Shown: positions 1 to 10,352, counted from the first letter of the stretch. The stretch is 64,000 bases of DNA from Promethearchaeota archaeon (GCA_016839555.1 JAEOUA010000006.1:288001-352000), one strand, 5' to 3'. Program-made: numbers and translations. The notes: generated from the letters alone by a model not told the origin.

Positions 1-509
1 TCTTTAAAGATTTTTTCCACGTTTCTCCCGTCTTTTGCGCTAGTTTCATAATAAGAGAGTGAGCCTAATTCTTCTTTAAAAGCCTCTCCTTCTTGTTTGG
101 ATACTTCTCGCTCCCCATTCTCAGCTAAGTCCAGCTTATTTCCTACTAAAACGCTTGTTTTTTCTCCGATTACTTTTTGAACTTCATTTTGCCAATTGGT
201 TAGATTTTCAAAGGAGCTTCTTCGAGTTAAATCATGGACATAAATCAAACCAGTGGCACCACGATAAAAAGGAGGACGTACAAATGAGAAGTGTTTTTGA
301 CCTGCTAAGTCCCACAATTGGAGTTTAATCTCGTAATTAGGATAATCCTTAAGCCTGACAGTTTTAGTTGAGAAGTTAGAACCAATAGTCATTATATAAT
401 TGTCTTTGAACTTATTTTCACAATAACGCAAAACGAGCGATGTCTTCCCAACTCCACCATCTCCTAGAAGACATACTTTATATATGAAGCTTTTCTTCTC
501 AGTGCTAAT
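1..509 (-). CDS. Rab-like small GTPase (3' end runs off the window; probable ATT start at 509)
   Basis: Manual translation gives G1 GDGGVGKT, G2 TIG, G3 WDLAGQ, G4 GNKLD and G5 ETSAK. Not in the ORF track. An in-frame TAG lies immediately before ATT(509), and GGTGA is at 520-516. Confidence 0.93.
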   Translation of the reverse strand, partial: MSTEKKSFIYKVCLLGDGGVGKTSLVLRYCENKFKDNYIMTIGSNFSTKTVRLKDYPNYEIKLQLWDLAGQKHFSFVRPPFYRGATGLIYVHDLTRRSSFENLTNWQNEVQKVIGEKTSVLVGNKLDLAENGEREVSKQEGEAFKEELGSLSYYETSAKDGRNVEKIFK

Positions 510-865
510 CTATATTCACCTTTTTGAATATACTTTACTCTCAGTTAAATTTTGAAACGTATAATTTGTAAAAGTGGGGAATTATGATATTTCTTAAGAA
601 AATATATTTCTTATACACTATAATAATAATTCCTAAATTAAAATTTTTTTTTTTTACCTTAAAAAGATATTTATAACAAATCAGTTGGATCTTTTCAAAT
701 CCAATATTAATTCCTTTTTAATAGAATTTTATATTAAATGCATCAGATAGAAAAATAAGTAAAGATAGAATCTTTTTACTTTAAAAAAATAATATTAATA
801 ATAGCTACTTCATAAAAATTAATTAAACACAGTTTAGTCATTCTATTGAAATAGAGTAAGGAATT

Positions 866-1633
866 GTGATTCCTATGATAAATCTTGAGAAAAAAATAGA
901 ACAATTTGCTCAGGTAATACAAGAGGCAGATAATATTGTAGCGTTAACGGGCGCAGGGATGAGTACTGAGTCTGGAATTCCCGATTTTCGCTCTCCTGGC
1001 ACTGGTTTATGGATCAAGGTGGATCCTGACGAAATCGCCAGTATTCATTCATTTGTTGCAAATCCCGGCAGAAATATAAGCTTTTTATTAGATTTGGGAA
1101 TGAAAATTTTCAGAGCGAAACCTAACAAAGGCCATAAGGCACTTACCAAACTTCAAAAAATGGGGAAACTTAAGGGTGTAATGACACAAAACATAGATGG
1201 CTTACATCAGCGAGCCCATACTGAAAATGTTATTGAATTACATGGGACTGCAAATGAGGCAAAATGTATGCGATGTAATGAAGTTTACCCAATAACGGAA
1301 TTTGTAAATCAATTCTTAGCGGGAGAAACTCAACCTTCGTGTAAAAAATGTAATGGCTTGTTAAAGCCCAATGCGATATTCTTTGGAGAACCATTAGAAA
1401 ATGAGGTCCTTCGTAAAGCAGATGAGTTGGTCGGCAATTGTGATTTATTAATTGTGTTAGGTTCTTCCTTATTGGTGTATCCAGTTGCGTTTTATCCTCA
1501 GCGAGCAATCGCCTGTGGAGCTAAATTAGGGATCATTAATATACAAGAAACTCCAATGGATCTGCAAGCAGATATAGTAATTCAAGAGAAAATTGGGGAA
1601 GTACTCCCAAAAATAGTTGATCTTGTGGAATAG
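866..1633 (+). CDS. cobB: NAD-dependent protein deacylase, Sir2 family
   Basis: GAGMSTESGIPDFR, TQNIDGLH, HG, CxxC..CxxC zinc site, GSSLLVYP. Confidence 0.93.
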   Translation: MIPMINLEKKIEQFAQVIQEADNIVALTGAGMSTESGIPDFRSPGTGLWIKVDPDEIASIHSFVANPGRNISFLLDLGMKIFRAKPNKGHKALTKLQKMGKLKGVMTQNIDGLHQRAHTENVIELHGTANEAKCMRCNEVYPITEFVNQFLAGETQPSCKKCNGLLKPNAIFFGEPLENEVLRKADELVGNCDLLIVLGSSLLVYPVAFYPQRAIACGAKLGIINIQETPMDLQADIVIQEKIGEVLPKIVDLVE

Positions 1634-1723
1634 ATAAATAAAAAAAAGTTGATCAAAAACTTATAAAATATAAATGCATAAAAACATTTATGAATATAAT
1701 AAGTGTAAAAAGTGAGATAGTAT

Positions 1724-2266
1724 ATGCTTAGTGAAAAATTACAATTAGATGATATTGATAAAAAAATTATCTCTTTAGTACAGGATAATCCCGAGTTAAC
1801 ACATACAGAAATCGCCGAGAAAGTGAACCGTTCGCAACCCACAATTGGTATGAGAATTAAGAAGCTAGAACAGAGTGGTATTCTACACTTTCAACCGGGA
1901 ATAAATTTCAAAAACGTGAATATTTATTTGGCAACAGTTGAAATTAAGACCAGAAACCCGGAAGAGATTATGGAAATGGCCCGATATTGTCCTTTTATGC
2001 TTAATGCGTTTAGGTTGAGCGGCGAGCATAATATATGTATTCTTCTTGCTAGTTCCCAGCTTGAAAAACTCGATAATATCATAAATTACCATTTCAGGAA
2101 TAAAGAAGACGTACAGAGTGTATCTATGGAAATCGTTACTGAAATTGCAAAAGATTTTGTACTTCCCATTGATTTTGACTTAGAAAATCATGATCCTACG
2201 CTTGAAGATGGCTGCGGTCCGATGTGCAAGTGGAAAAAGGCACAGAAGAATAAATCCAAAAAATAA
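1724..2266 (+). CDS. Lrp/AsnC family transcription regulator with C-terminal CGPxC
   Basis: N-terminal LDDIDKKII..EIAEKVNRSQPTIGMRIKKLE HTH, followed by a RAM-like domain with SGEHN. Confidence 0.88.
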   Translation: MLSEKLQLDDIDKKIISLVQDNPELTHTEIAEKVNRSQPTIGMRIKKLEQSGILHFQPGINFKNVNIYLATVEIKTRNPEEIMEMARYCPFMLNAFRLSGEHNICILLASSQLEKLDNIINYHFRNKEDVQSVSMEIVTEIAKDFVLPIDFDLENHDPTLEDGCGPMCKWKKAQKNKSKK

Positions 2267-2486
2267 TTATCTTTTCAAAATTTAGTTTGAAAAGCACTGC
2301 TTTTCTTTATTTAAATTATTAATAAATTTGAAAATAAGAGATAATTCAATTTTTAAATTCTAGCATAAGCTCATATATTGAATATCTTTTTTTAAGAAAA
2401 AGAAATATAAGAAGAGTATAAAATAAAAAAAAGTGAAAGACATTTTATTTCAAGAAATCTTGAATATAATCTTAATTAATTTCAAA

Positions 2487-4190
2487 TTAATTATAGATAA
2501 ATCTCTTTCTTTTATTTAGATATAAAATCGCAATAATTGTGCTCACTGCTATTGGTAAGATGATCAGTGGAGGATATACTGGAATTTGCTCTCCTTCAGG
2601 TGAAGGTAAAAATAATAATGCTAATGGCATCTGTAGAGTTAGTGCAGACTCTCCAAAAATCAAGTAAGATTGACCAGCATCTACACCTGCAATATTATCA
2701 TCTCTATATGCTCCAATTAGTAAATCATCATAACCATCCCCATTCACATCACCCGCTCCTGCTAATGTCTGTCCCGAATAGTCATATGAAGTCTCACCTA
2801 TAAAAGAAGCACCAGCATTTTCTAAGTTCACATCCATTAACCATCCCGTCTTTTGTCCAAAAATCAAATAGGTTTTCCCTATATCAACATCTGAACTGTG
2901 ATTATATCTATATGCTCCTATGAGAAAATCTCCATACCCATCACCATCCACATCGCCAGCTCCTGCGACGGCATTTCCTGAATAATCTCCTTCATCCTCT
3001 CCTATGAAAGAGGCATTTGCTTGCGAACAGTTCATCCCCGATGACCAACTATTTGTATCGTTACCAAAGAAAAGATATGTCTTTCCTTCCTTATCAATAC
3101 TTGCCTCATATTGAGGAGCGCCTATGATAAAATCATCATAGTTATCCCCATTCACATCTCCCACACCTGCCACAGCATACCCAGACCTTATACTAAAAAT
3201 TTCACCTTCAAAAGAAGCATTTGCTTCCGAACAACTCATTCCAGTTGACCATATTGTTTCATTAGTGCCAAAAAAAAGATATGTTTTACCTGCTGCGCTA
3301 CCCCCATCATCATTTTCAGGAGCTCCGATGAGAAAATCATCATATCCATCTCTGTTTATATCACCAGCTCCTGCTATTGAATGTCCCGAGACATCGCCTG
3401 CTGCTTCACCTATAAAAGAAGCGTTTGCTTCCGAACAACTTATCCCCGATGACCAACTATTTGTATCGTTACCAAAGAAAAGATATGTTTTTCCCGCATT
3501 ATTAGTACTAGCATTATAAGCGCCTATAAGGAAATCATCATATCCATCCCCATTCACATCCCCTGCTCCCGCCACGGATGATCCCGCATGATCACCATTT
3601 GCTTCTCCTAAGAACGATGCATTTGCATTTGCTAGATTAATATCTTTTCCCCAGCCATAATCTCGCCCGAATATTAAATATACTTTTCCTGGTTTGTTGA
3701 AGTCATCTCCTCCAGAAGCTCCTATAAGAAAGTCATCATATCCATCTTTATTTACATCACCCGCTCCTGCCACCGCACATCCAGCATAATCATCTTCACT
3801 CTCTCCTATAAAGGATGCATTTGCTTTGGAACAGCTCATTCCTGTTGACCAACTATTTGTATTATTTCCGAAAAATAGATAGACTTTTCCTTCATTTCCA
3901 CTACTTACATTATATTGAGAAGCTCCTATAAGAAAATCATCGATGTTGTCTCCATTCACATCTCCAATACCTGCTAAAGAAACGCCAGCTAAGTCATACT
4001 CATTTTCACCAATGAAAGAAGCATCGGCATTTGCCAGATACGTATTTATTTGCAATGCTGAGATATTTATTTCTTTTCTCGTATTTATAAATAATTCAGG
4101 ATTAGTCTGGTTTTCGATAAAGCTTCCTATACTAACAAGACCTGCTAATATGAGTATTAAAATTAATCCTGTTAAGTTTTTCATTTTCAT
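2487..4190 (-). CDS. Membrane-anchored surface protein with seven FG-GAP / integrin-alpha-type beta-propeller repeats
   Basis: Signal peptide, seven copies of GAGDVNGDGYDDFLIGA..GKxYLFFG, C-terminal hydrophobic helix and basic tail. Confidence 0.9.
   Translation of the reverse strand: MKMKNLTGLILILILAGLVSIGSFIENQTNPELFINTRKEINISALQINTYLANADASFIGENEYDLAGVSLAGIGDVNGDNIDDFLIGASQYNVSSGNEGKVYLFFGNNTNSWSTGMSCSKANASFIGESEDDYAGCAVAGAGDVNKDGYDDFLIGASGGDDFNKPGKVYLIFGRDYGWGKDINLANANASFLGEANGDHAGSSVAGAGDVNGDGYDDFLIGAYNASTNNAGKTYLFFGNDTNSWSSGISCSEANASFIGEAAGDVSGHSIAGAGDINRDGYDDFLIGAPENDDGGSAAGKTYLFFGTNETIWSTGMSCSEANASFEGEIFSIRSGYAVAGVGDVNGDNYDDFIIGAPQYEASIDKEGKTYLFFGNDTNSWSSGMNCSQANASFIGEDEGDYSGNAVAGAGDVDGDGYGDFLIGAYRYNHSSDVDIGKTYLIFGQKTGWLMDVNLENAGASFIGETSYDYSGQTLAGAGDVNGDGYDDLLIGAYRDDNIAGVDAGQSYLIFGESALTLQMPLALLFLPSPEGEQIPVYPPLIILPIAVSTIIAILYLNKRKRFIYN
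3034..3488. repeat. 47-bp identical direct repeat (3034-3080 and 3442-3488) inside the FG-GAP gene
   Basis: atccccgatgaccaactatttgtatcgttaccaaagaaaagatatgt occurs twice. Confidence 0.85.
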
Positions 4191-4453
4191 TATTTAAATA
4201 ATTGTTTTAATTTTATATTTTAAAATTATAAAGAATTATTATAAAATCAAATAAAAGTTTGACTCTTTTATGAAATTCTATTCAAAAAGCTTTTATTAAT
4301 AGTTTAGATTAATTCTCATTTTTAATGAAATTTTTGAATTTAGAAAAGTTTAAAGAAAAAATTAAACTGGGTAAATAATTACAATCTTTCTAAAAATATA
4401 TAAAAATTATTTATATCACAGAATTTTGTTAAGAAAAACAAATATAAAAATAT

Positions 4454-5059
4454 TTAACTTTCTGGTCCTGGCTCTGATTCGGATTCTGGTTCTTCTTCTG
4501 TATCTATTTCGTCGAATTTAAACTTAGGCATATCGGTTTTCAAGTGGCAATTAGGTCCACAATATCTTCCATCAAAATTCTCAATTTGGAAGTCTACTGG
4601 CATAATAAAATCGTGAATACTCTCGATAAGAATATTTGTTTTTACAGAAAGCACATTCGGATCTCGTCGAAAGCATAAATCTACTAATTTTTCAATAGTT
4701 TGAAGATCGGTTGCTGCGATAAAACAGAGAAGATTATAATCGCCAGAGATTTTAAATGCATGGTTAATAAAGGGACAATCTTTTATTTTTTCGACAATAT
4801 CTTCTACGTCCTTAGTGGATGCATATACTATTGCGGTTTTTATGTCCACTTTTTTAATATTAAATCCAACTTGCTTTTTTAAAAGATGTTTTCTCTCTAA
4901 TTTAATGATTCGAGCGCCTACCGCGGGCTGGCTCTTATCTATTTCTTCAGCAATTTTGCTGTGGGTAATATCGGGATTTTCTTCAATTAATTCGATGATT
5001 TTTTTATCATCTTCATCGATACCTAACAATTGATTGAAAGTTTTTTTTTTCATATCCAT
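4454..5059 (-). CDS. Lrp/AsnC family regulator with CGPxC motif and acidic tail
   Basis: HTH KIAEEIDKSQPAVGARIIKLE; SGDYN; paralog of 1724..2266 and 5441..5998. Confidence 0.88.
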   Translation of the reverse strand: MDMKKKTFNQLLGIDEDDKKIIELIEENPDITHSKIAEEIDKSQPAVGARIIKLERKHLLKKQVGFNIKKVDIKTAIVYASTKDVEDIVEKIKDCPFINHAFKISGDYNLLCFIAATDLQTIEKLVDLCFRRDPNVLSVKTNILIESIHDFIMPVDFQIENFDGRYCGPNCHLKTDMPKFKFDEIDTEEEPESESEPGPES

Positions 5060-5440
5060 TTTACAACAAGTTCTTATAGTTTAATAAAATTACCTATAAT
5101 TTTTAAAAAATTTTGAAATAAAGTTATATTAAAATATTAGCGGTCTTCACATGATTGATTTTAATTTATAAATACTAAATATATAACATATAAAAAAAAA
5201 ACCTAAAAAAGTTTTAGAAATTAATTTGAACCTTTAAAAATAATTGGTAAGGAAAAAAAAATCTCCCTTTTTAATTTTTAACGCTAATTTAGAAGTGTAG
5301 CTAATTGCTTATTAATTGCTGTATTCTTAATTTTTTATGGGAAATAAAGGAAAATAGTAAGAAACAAAATCATAAAATATGAAATCAACTAGTTTTTACC
5401 AGAATAAAACATTAAAAAATAATGGACGTAATATTTTTGA

Positions 5441-5998
5441 TTAACTTTCTTCTTTAACAATTGATTTCATATCAACTAATTTTTCTCCAAATTGTTTAAA
5501 AGAATCCAAATCGATATTGTCATTAAAATAAATAGGAATCACAAAATCATGAATACTTTCCATTAGAATTTCGGTTTCGACTGCGGTTACGTTTGGGTCT
5601 TCTCTAAAATACACATCAACCACGCGTTCTATAGTTTTTAAATCGCTTGCTGAGATAATACAAAGAACGTTGAATTTCCCGGATATTTTAAATGCATAAT
5701 TTATTAATTTCGTACTTTTGATTCTTTCAACAATTCCCTCTACATTTTTCGTTGAGATAAATACAAACGCGGTTTTAACATCCACTTTTTTAACATTAAA
5801 TCCAACTTGCTTTGTAAGAAGATTTTTTCTTTCCAATTTGATGATACGAGCACCCACTGCCGGCTGAGATTTGTCGATAAGTTCCGCGATTTCCCGATGT
5901 GTTATATCTGGATTTTGTTCTATCATTTCAATGATTCTTTTATCATCATCATCAATTTCTAATAATTCATTAAAATTTTTTTCCATAGACATCCCCAC
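5441..5998 (-). CDS. Lrp/AsnC family regulator (tandem paralog lacking the Cys motifs)
   Basis: HTH nearly identical to that of 4454..5059. Confidence 0.88.
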   Translation of the reverse strand: MGMSMEKNFNELLEIDDDDKRIIEMIEQNPDITHREIAELIDKSQPAVGARIIKLERKNLLTKQVGFNVKKVDVKTAFVFISTKNVEGIVERIKSTKLINYAFKISGKFNVLCIISASDLKTIERVVDVYFREDPNVTAVETEILMESIHDFVIPIYFNDNIDLDSFKQFGEKLVDMKSIVKEES

Positions 5999-6128
5999 TT
6001 AGTTAAAAATCGGTAATCTCTAATATAGTTATTTTTAATAATTAAAAATGAATTTAAACAGAATAGAATTAAAAAATAATATATTTTCCCTTAATTCTTT
6101 TATTTCATAAATTCGTCTATGTCAAATT

Positions 6129-7091
6129 TTAAAGGAGGCTCACAAAAATATTGACGATTATTATAATTATGGTAAAAGCAATGACGCTTAATAAAAAATA
6201 AAGAGGTTTTCCTTTCTCTTTTTCTGGTAGGACTTCTCTTACAATAGTATAAAGAATAACACCTGATATAAATGAGAACAAGATATATAGAATTTCTAAA
6301 TTTATTTGATAAAAAAAATCAAGAAACAAATCAAATCCCATTCCAATTAATACTGCTAAAGCTAATATCAATTTTTTGCTTTTGGTCTCTTCATAATCAA
6401 CTTCAATATCTATATCAGTAAAGATCTTATATCTATTCAATAATCGCTTTGAAATAATTAATCTAAAAAACGCAAAAACATAAAATAAGATTGCAGGGAT
6501 TAAATCAATCAGTATTAGGTTATATAGGATAATTCCAATAAGAAAATGGTAAAAAAAGTCCGTAAAGAAGCGCAAATCTTTAAATTCTTCGTTTAGATGA
6601 TCATGTATTCTTTTTTTTGAATTTGTTATTTCCTCTCTTATTGTTTTTCCTTGAGTATGTAATTCCTTTACCACTCTCGATATATCTCTTAATGCCTCTT
6701 CATCCATTTGTTCGTGAGAGAGTTCATCACTAAAAATATCTTCCATATGATCCTCAACTTCTTCTAAATTCATTTCCATTTCCATTAACTTTCTCACTTT
6801 TTGTTGTGCCTTAGATTCTACTCGCTGAAGAATTAGTTTTTCAGATACATGAATAAAGACAAATCCCACTAATACAAAAAAATATTCAAAAAGCGTAAGA
6901 TGGAGCGGATATTCTGGAAGTCTTACTGAGATCTCGGGAAGAACTATCAAAAAAAAATAGGTCACCGATATCCCAGCAATAATAGAGACAGGAATTCGTG
7001 GTAATTTTTGCCCATAATAATCTATAATAAAAAAGGTAAAACCCAGTAAAAATGCAATAATCATTAAAAAGAACTGTTGGACTGCTAACAT
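6129..7091 (-). CDS. ZIP-transporter-like membrane protein with a long coiled-coil insertion
   Basis: AGISVTYFFLIVLPE and FISGVILYTIVREVLPE resemble ZIP helices; charged helical loop of about 85 aa. Confidence 0.55.
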   Translation of the reverse strand: MLAVQQFFLMIIAFLLGFTFFIIDYYGQKLPRIPVSIIAGISVTYFFLIVLPEISVRLPEYPLHLTLFEYFFVLVGFVFIHVSEKLILQRVESKAQQKVRKLMEMEMNLEEVEDHMEDIFSDELSHEQMDEEALRDISRVVKELHTQGKTIREEITNSKKRIHDHLNEEFKDLRFFTDFFYHFLIGIILYNLILIDLIPAILFYVFAFFRLIISKRLLNRYKIFTDIDIEVDYEETKSKKLILALAVLIGMGFDLFLDFFYQINLEILYILFSFISGVILYTIVREVLPEKEKGKPLYFLLSVIAFTIIIIIVNIFVSLL

Positions 7092-7278
7092 AATCTATTT
7101 TTTGAAGTGTTTTTTGATTTTAATAGGGTTTTATTCAAAAAATTAATAGGTTTTAAGCTATTAAAAATTTATGAAGTATTTAACATAATCAACTGATAAT
7201 TTAATATTTAATTTTTATCCTTCATTATACTCATTAATAAGATATTGAAATTCTATCTTTTAATTAAGGAAAAAGTCT

Positions 7279-8187
7279 ATGACTCAATTTCTAATAATTA
7301 CATCAACTAAGGATGCTGCTTCGTTAAATATGAGAAATAAGTTTTTAGATTCTCCCCAATACAAATTTGAACATATTTCTGACAAATGGGATAATAATAT
7401 TCTCTATAAATTGACATCATTCACAGATTCAGATGAGGAAAAAGAACAATTTCTACATGATAATGAAATTTTTTTAGGATTAACAAACCAAAGATTAATT
7501 TTTTTAAATAAAGGTAGTTTTAATGAAACAGTAATTGATCCTGATATGATGATTTTTGCGTCTCGTCATGCTTCTAAGACGGGGCGTCCTTCATTTCTGG
7601 TTCATACCACAGGGAATTGGAGCGAAGATATTAGATACGGTGGAAATAAAAAAGAATTATCTGTTGGAAGCGCCTTGATGCTTAAGGCGGGATATCAATC
7701 TTTTTTAAAATATGCGGAAATGGAAGCAGTAAGTGATTTTTCAATAGATATGGAAGTTTCTCATCACGGTCCGACTAATTTAGAAAAACCCTTAATATTT
7801 ATGGAATTAGGAAGTACTCTTAGCGAATGGCAGCATAACAGAGCAGGGATTATTGCTGCTAATGCTATTATTGAGACTACCCTTAGATATAAGCATTTGC
7901 AAAAAGAAGGATCCCAAAAAGTTGGTGTTGGATTTGGAGGGACTCATTATGCCCCTCAGTTTCAGAAGCTTATAAAAAAAGCAGATATCGCAATCTCTTA
8001 TATATGTCCTAAGTATTATATTAGTGAGTTAAATAAGGATTTAATTACCCAGATGCTAAATAAGAATTTGGAAAAAGTGGATTACTTCATTTTAGACTGG
8101 TCTGGTATTAATTCAAGTGATAAAAAGCATTTATTTCCCCTTTTAAAAGAATATGACCTTCCAATTAAAAAAATTAAGGAATTTTAA
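7279..8187 (+). CDS. dtdA: D-aminoacyl-tRNA deacylase, archaeal DTD2
   Basis: FASRH, VHTTGN, EVSHHGPT, FMELGS, GFGGTHYAP. Confidence 0.92.
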   Translation: MTQFLIITSTKDAASLNMRNKFLDSPQYKFEHISDKWDNNILYKLTSFTDSDEEKEQFLHDNEIFLGLTNQRLIFLNKGSFNETVIDPDMMIFASRHASKTGRPSFLVHTTGNWSEDIRYGGNKKELSVGSALMLKAGYQSFLKYAEMEAVSDFSIDMEVSHHGPTNLEKPLIFMELGSTLSEWQHNRAGIIAANAIIETTLRYKHLQKEGSQKVGVGFGGTHYAPQFQKLIKKADIAISYICPKYYISELNKDLITQMLNKNLEKVDYFILDWSGINSSDKKHLFPLLKEYDLPIKKIKEF

Positions 8188-8206
8188 GAGCTACTAAGAG
8201 AAAGAA

Positions 8207-9094
8207 TTATTTATTACCTTGTGCCACCATTTCAAAATATTTTATTAAATTGGTAAACACGTAATTTGCAGAAGTAAATCCTTGAGTAGATGAATGAGAG
8301 AGTATTTTGCTAAGAAATTCGTGATGGGGAATAATTTGAGATGGAGTTATGTTTAATTCTCTAATATTATAAAAACTTTGCCATAAACTTATAGGCCAGG
8401 TGATTAATTCGGCAAGAGTTTCATTAAATAATTTTTCTCCTTCTGGACTTAATTCTAATGTGGATTCTAATTTATATGAGAATGTCTCATTTTCCTTAAT
8501 TATTGAAATTAGACCATCTTTTTGAATCTCTTCCATGATTGAATGGATTTTTTCTAAAGATAAGGGTGTTTTTTTAAAGATTTTATTCATATTTTTCAAA
8601 ATATCCTCATCCGTTTTTACATTAAATTTTAGTAAGGTATAATTGCGAGCAATAATATTATATTTAAGGGGGATTGTTTCATGATCCATCCTATTATATT
8701 GAATCAGATTCCCTAATATCTCTTTTGCTACAATATATTTAATTCTTAATTGATCTTCTTGGGAATAGCTCTTCTTAAAAATTTTAGAGTTAAAATATTC
8801 ATCGTAAAACGTTTCAAGTAGAGATTTAACAGCATAAAACCCATCAATAAATGCGTTAAAAACTGTTTTCAGAATTTTCAATCGATATTCATTATCTTTC
8901 ATAAACTTCTCTTTTTCAAAGGGAATTTCTCGGATTAGATGGGGTTTAGAATCAATTTGGCTAAAATTCTCCTCCCATTTTTGTCGAAAACGATATCTCT
9001 GGGTCTTTGCGATATGAGAAAGCCTTCCGATTAAATTAATTAAAAGGTCCAAGAATTGTTTTTCTGTAATTTCACTCATGCTACCAACCATCAC
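8207..9094 (-). CDS. Hypothetical protein (possible winged-helix segment)
   Basis: 295-aa ORF with normal composition; no recognised family. Confidence 0.7.
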   Translation of the reverse strand: MMVGSMSEITEKQFLDLLINLIGRLSHIAKTQRYRFRQKWEENFSQIDSKPHLIREIPFEKEKFMKDNEYRLKILKTVFNAFIDGFYAVKSLLETFYDEYFNSKIFKKSYSQEDQLRIKYIVAKEILGNLIQYNRMDHETIPLKYNIIARNYTLLKFNVKTDEDILKNMNKIFKKTPLSLEKIHSIMEEIQKDGLISIIKENETFSYKLESTLELSPEGEKLFNETLAELITWPISLWQSFYNIRELNITPSQIIPHHEFLSKILSHSSTQGFTSANYVFTNLIKYFEMVAQGNK

Positions 9095-9161
9095 TATTAA
9101 ATTAAAAAAGTATTATATTTGATAATTAATAATAAGTATGTCATATATTTTAGTAATTCTA

Positions 9162-10352
9162 TTAAAGAAAAAGATTATGCATAACTTCTAAGACTTTACT
9201 TACTTGGGAATCATTAATTATCAAGGGAGGAAGTATTCTAATTATTGTTAGTCCGGCATTTAATAGGAAAACCTTCATTTCTTGTGCCTTTCTTATAAGA
9301 TCTTTAACTTTAATACGATATTCCACACCAATCATTAATCCTTTCCCTCTGACCTCACGAATTAATCTTTCTTCTTCGGCGAGTTGGTGTAAATTAGAGA
9401 GTATTTTCTTACCTTGCCTTGCGGCATTTTCTACAAGTTTTTCTTCTTTTATTATATCTAATACTGCGTTAGCGGCAGCACAGCCAAGCGGATTACCTCC
9501 GTATGTGGTATTATGTTCGCCAACCAACATTCTCTCAAATAATTCTTCCGATGATATCATTGCACCCATTGGAAACCCTCCTGCTATAGCTTTTGCTAAA
9601 CACATCGCATCAGGAATGATGCCATAATGTTCAAATCCAAACATTTTCCCGGTTCTCCCAAACCCTGTTTGAACTTCATCCACAACCAAAAGGATATCAT
9701 TTTCAGTACATAATTCTCTTAATTCTTTAACAAAGTCATATGGAGCAGGATAAACTCCTGCTTCTCCTTGAACTAATTCTATGAAAATGGCAATAGTATT
9801 TTTGTTAAGTAATTCTTTTACAGATTGTATATCCCCAAAAGATGCAAATTTAACGTTTTGAGTGAGCCAAGGAAGGAATGGTTTCCTATATTTCATATTA
9901 TGGGTCATAGCTAATGATCCTAGCGTACGACCGTGAAATGCACGTTTAAAAGCGATTATTTCTGGTTTTTTTTTATCCCTATTCGCGGCTAATGCTAATT
10001 TTATAGCGGCTTCAACGGCCTCTGTACCGCTATTTGAAAGGAAAGTCTGATTTAATGAGGGAGGTGTGATTTCTGCTAACCTTTTTAGAAGTTTATATCT
10101 CACATCAACTGGATAACTGGGCGAGATCATAACTAATTTTTCAAGCTGCTGTTTTACTGCTTCAATATACTTCGGGTGGCTGTGACCTATGTTGACAACC
10201 GCATGACCCGCCTCACAGTCAATGTATTCATTACCATTCTCATCATAGAGAAGTGCACCCTTTCCTCTTACTATCCTAACGTCTTTTTTTTGAAATAATT
10301 TTGAATGAAAATATTGTTCTGCAGAGATTAAATCAGGAAATTTTTTAGACAT
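9162..10352 (-). CDS. Class III PLP aminotransferase (ArgD/LysJ-like)
   Basis: NSGTEAVEAAIK, FHGRT, DEVQTGFGRTG, AKAIAGG, TYGGNP. Confidence 0.9.
   Translation of the reverse strand: MSKKFPDLISAEQYFHSKLFQKKDVRIVRGKGALLYDENGNEYIDCEAGHAVVNIGHSHPKYIEAVKQQLEKLVMISPSYPVDVRYKLLKRLAEITPPSLNQTFLSNSGTEAVEAAIKLALAANRDKKKPEIIAFKRAFHGRTLGSLAMTHNMKYRKPFLPWLTQNVKFASFGDIQSVKELLNKNTIAIFIELVQGEAGVYPAPYDFVKELRELCTENDILLVVDEVQTGFGRTGKMFGFEHYGIIPDAMCLAKAIAGGFPMGAMISSEELFERMLVGEHNTTYGGNPLGCAAANAVLDIIKEEKLVENAARQGKKILSNLHQLAEEERLIREVRGKGLMIGVEYRIKVKDLIRKAQEMKVFLLNAGLTIIRILPPLIINDSQVSKVLEVMHNLFL

Noticed and set aside
2487-4190. Regularly spaced DNA repeats resembling a CRISPR array
   Set aside because: They are degenerate, in-frame protein repeats with no unique spacers and no cas genes.
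2567-4197. Plus-strand ORFs 2567..2803, 3265..3519 and 3943..4197
   Set aside because: Antisense shadows of the FG-GAP gene with no independent motifs.
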